In this document: positions 62,323 through 64,000 of the stretch, piece after piece
Numbering within the stretch: the stretch's first letter is position 1
Layout of the letters: each line of letters begins with the position of its first letter
Origin: Octopus sinensis
Lineage: Eukaryota
Assembly: GCF_006345805.1 (NCBI RefSeq)
Contig: NC_042998.1
Span: 127,534,001-127,598,000, forward strand
Length of the DNA stretch: 64,000 nucleotides
Direction of reading: 5' to 3'
Program-made: the position numbers and the translations under genes
The notes under the pieces: generated by a model
Databases searched by the model: none
What the model was told of the DNA's origin: nothing
What the model saw: only the letters and a program-made list of their open reading frames with translations

Positions 62323-62590
62323 CACTCTGTCGGTTACATCGAGGGTTGCAGTCGATCCGACCAGCAGAAGAGCCACCTCGAGAAATTATCGTAGAAGGGG
62401 CTGAACACTCTCCACGCGTACCTTTAACGTAGTTCTCAGGGAGATTCATCACGTCACGGACTTTGATTAGGCTGACCCTTTAAAATATAGGTACTACTCA
62501 TTTTTACAAGCTGGGTTGACTGGAGCAACGTGAAATAAAGTGTTCTGTTTCAGAACACAACGAGCTTCGCACTATCCATCTCATAACGTA
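62323..62590 (-). mobile_element. Decayed SINE related to 37428-37820 and 5231-5482
   Basis: Shares gcactc.gtcggttac, ttaacgtagttctc.gggagattca and actggagcaacgtgaaataaagtg. Confidence 0.65.
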
Positions 62591-63565
62591 GATCATGAAT
62601 TGAACATCCTCTCTTAAACACGCACCTTCACAAAATGTAATAAACTGTACGCCTATACACACATGAATAACACTACCTATATGCAAGGTATGTATATCCC
62701 TCTTTTTGGCCTTTTCTATTAAAATATCCTGGTAGTATTTTCATCTTTTGATGAAGTACATATTTTTTTTTAGAATAAATGGATAACGGTGTTCATGCCA
62801 TGAATAAGAGTAAGAGAAATATAATTGTATTATCCTAGAATTTTAACGTAATTGTTATCACCAATTAAATTTTAATGGGAGCTTACTTTTTGATTCAATG
62901 AAGCTTACTATAGACAACGTTTATAGGAATGGAATGTTGATTTCTTCCCAGTTTCATTCGAACCTTAACAGTAATGTATGTATCCCCACTACTCTGTTTC
63001 TCAACAAAAGACTCGTTCCATAGTCATAAAATATAAATTTGAGTATTAGAATACTTATGAGTAAGTGAGGAACCCACTTCATATCATTAGATTTTTTTTG
63101 TAATGGTAATCTAAAATAGTTTTATTTTTATTTTCTTTTGTTTCCAAAGTCTCATTTATAATCTCATACACTTCATCAGCAGTTACCTTAACTTCAAATG
63201 TTTGTATTCTAAAATCTTTAACTTACATAAGCAACGAAGGTAGGATAAAGAGTGAAAGAACGAAAAAAAATCAATTTTGTCTTATAATAGAGTTAAAGCA
63301 ATAATTTTCAGAACATAAATATTAATTTTACTAAAATAAAGCAATCATTTTAGTAGCTTAAATCAGTCATTTTAGTAGTAGAGATTTTTTTAACGTAAAA
63401 TAGTCAGTTTAATAATATAGTGATGTTAGTAAGTAAAGCAATAACATTAGTAAATTAAAGCAGTTATTATAGTAAGACAGCTGCTTTTTGTGACGTAAAA
63501 CAAGCCAAATTATCTGACAAGTCCCATTTTAAATGACTTTGCTTAATAAAAGGCAAATCTCTTAC

Positions 63566-63640
63566 CCATTCGAAAAAAATACTTTAGGTCTGTGCTTGAC
63601 ATCGCTTTCAATAATGTTATGCAATTTTGACGTTCTAGAC
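63566..63640 (-). CDS. Candidate internal exon of an unidentified host gene (75 nt)
   Basis: Acceptor tttcgttcgctcacAG, donor GG|GTAAGA, length a multiple of 3, two open frames (LERQNCITLLKAMSSTDLKYFFRM or SRTSKLHNIIESDVKHRPKVFFSN). No homology recognised. Confidence 0.3.
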
Positions 63641-64000
63641 CTGTGAGCGAACGAAATCAATCTATGCCATCTTCAAATACTGTGTATCTAGGGCGACGTT
63701 ATCCGATACATTATTATTAAAATGACTGCTTGATGCCATTACAAGAGGTATGCTTGCTATTTCTAGCCGCTCGAGTGTCTGTAATGGTTATTGTTTTTAT
63801 ATCGGATATGATTTCGTTGAGGTTTAGCTTATTTCAACTTTGGTCGAGCGGACATACATATTCATGAACATTCAGTTATTAATTATCCCCTCTTCTTATA
63901 TATTTAGTACCTACATCATTTTCCTGGTGTTTCCTTTCTGGTTTTAAGGGTGAAATGATATGCAGAAATTTGTCATACATTTCTAGCAAGCCAAGGACTT

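Overview
AT-rich (by eye about two-thirds A+T) eukaryotic, apparently non-coding DNA packed with microsatellites ((TA)n, (CA)n, (TACA)n, (GATA)n, (TAA)n, (CAT)n, (GAA)n, (TAG)n/(CAG)n) and decayed transposons. The repeat spectrum resembles an Octopus-type cephalopod genome (inference from recalled repeat families, not a database search). No host protein-coding gene could be identified; most track ORFs are microsatellite or antisense artefacts, and only a few isolated candidate exons are noted. Recognisable elements: three R4/Dong-type RLE LINE fragments, four Penelope-like element (PLE) remnants (two large ones with RT plus C-terminal GIY-YIG), Tc1 and maT/DD37D transposase fragments, RTE-type 3' ends, many tRNA-derived SINEs and several fold-back MITEs. 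The most interesting signal is RNA-level: a repeated palindromic element (about 12.6, 20.6-21.1 and 42.3-42.6 kb) made of back-to-back tRNA-derived Pol III heads, each followed by (TAA)n and a minimal type-I hammerhead ribozyme (HHR) motif, plus an apparently intact type-I hammerhead at 33416-33507 and further decayed hammerheads at about 15460 and 38490. All alignments and folds were done by eye; boundaries are approximate unless stated.
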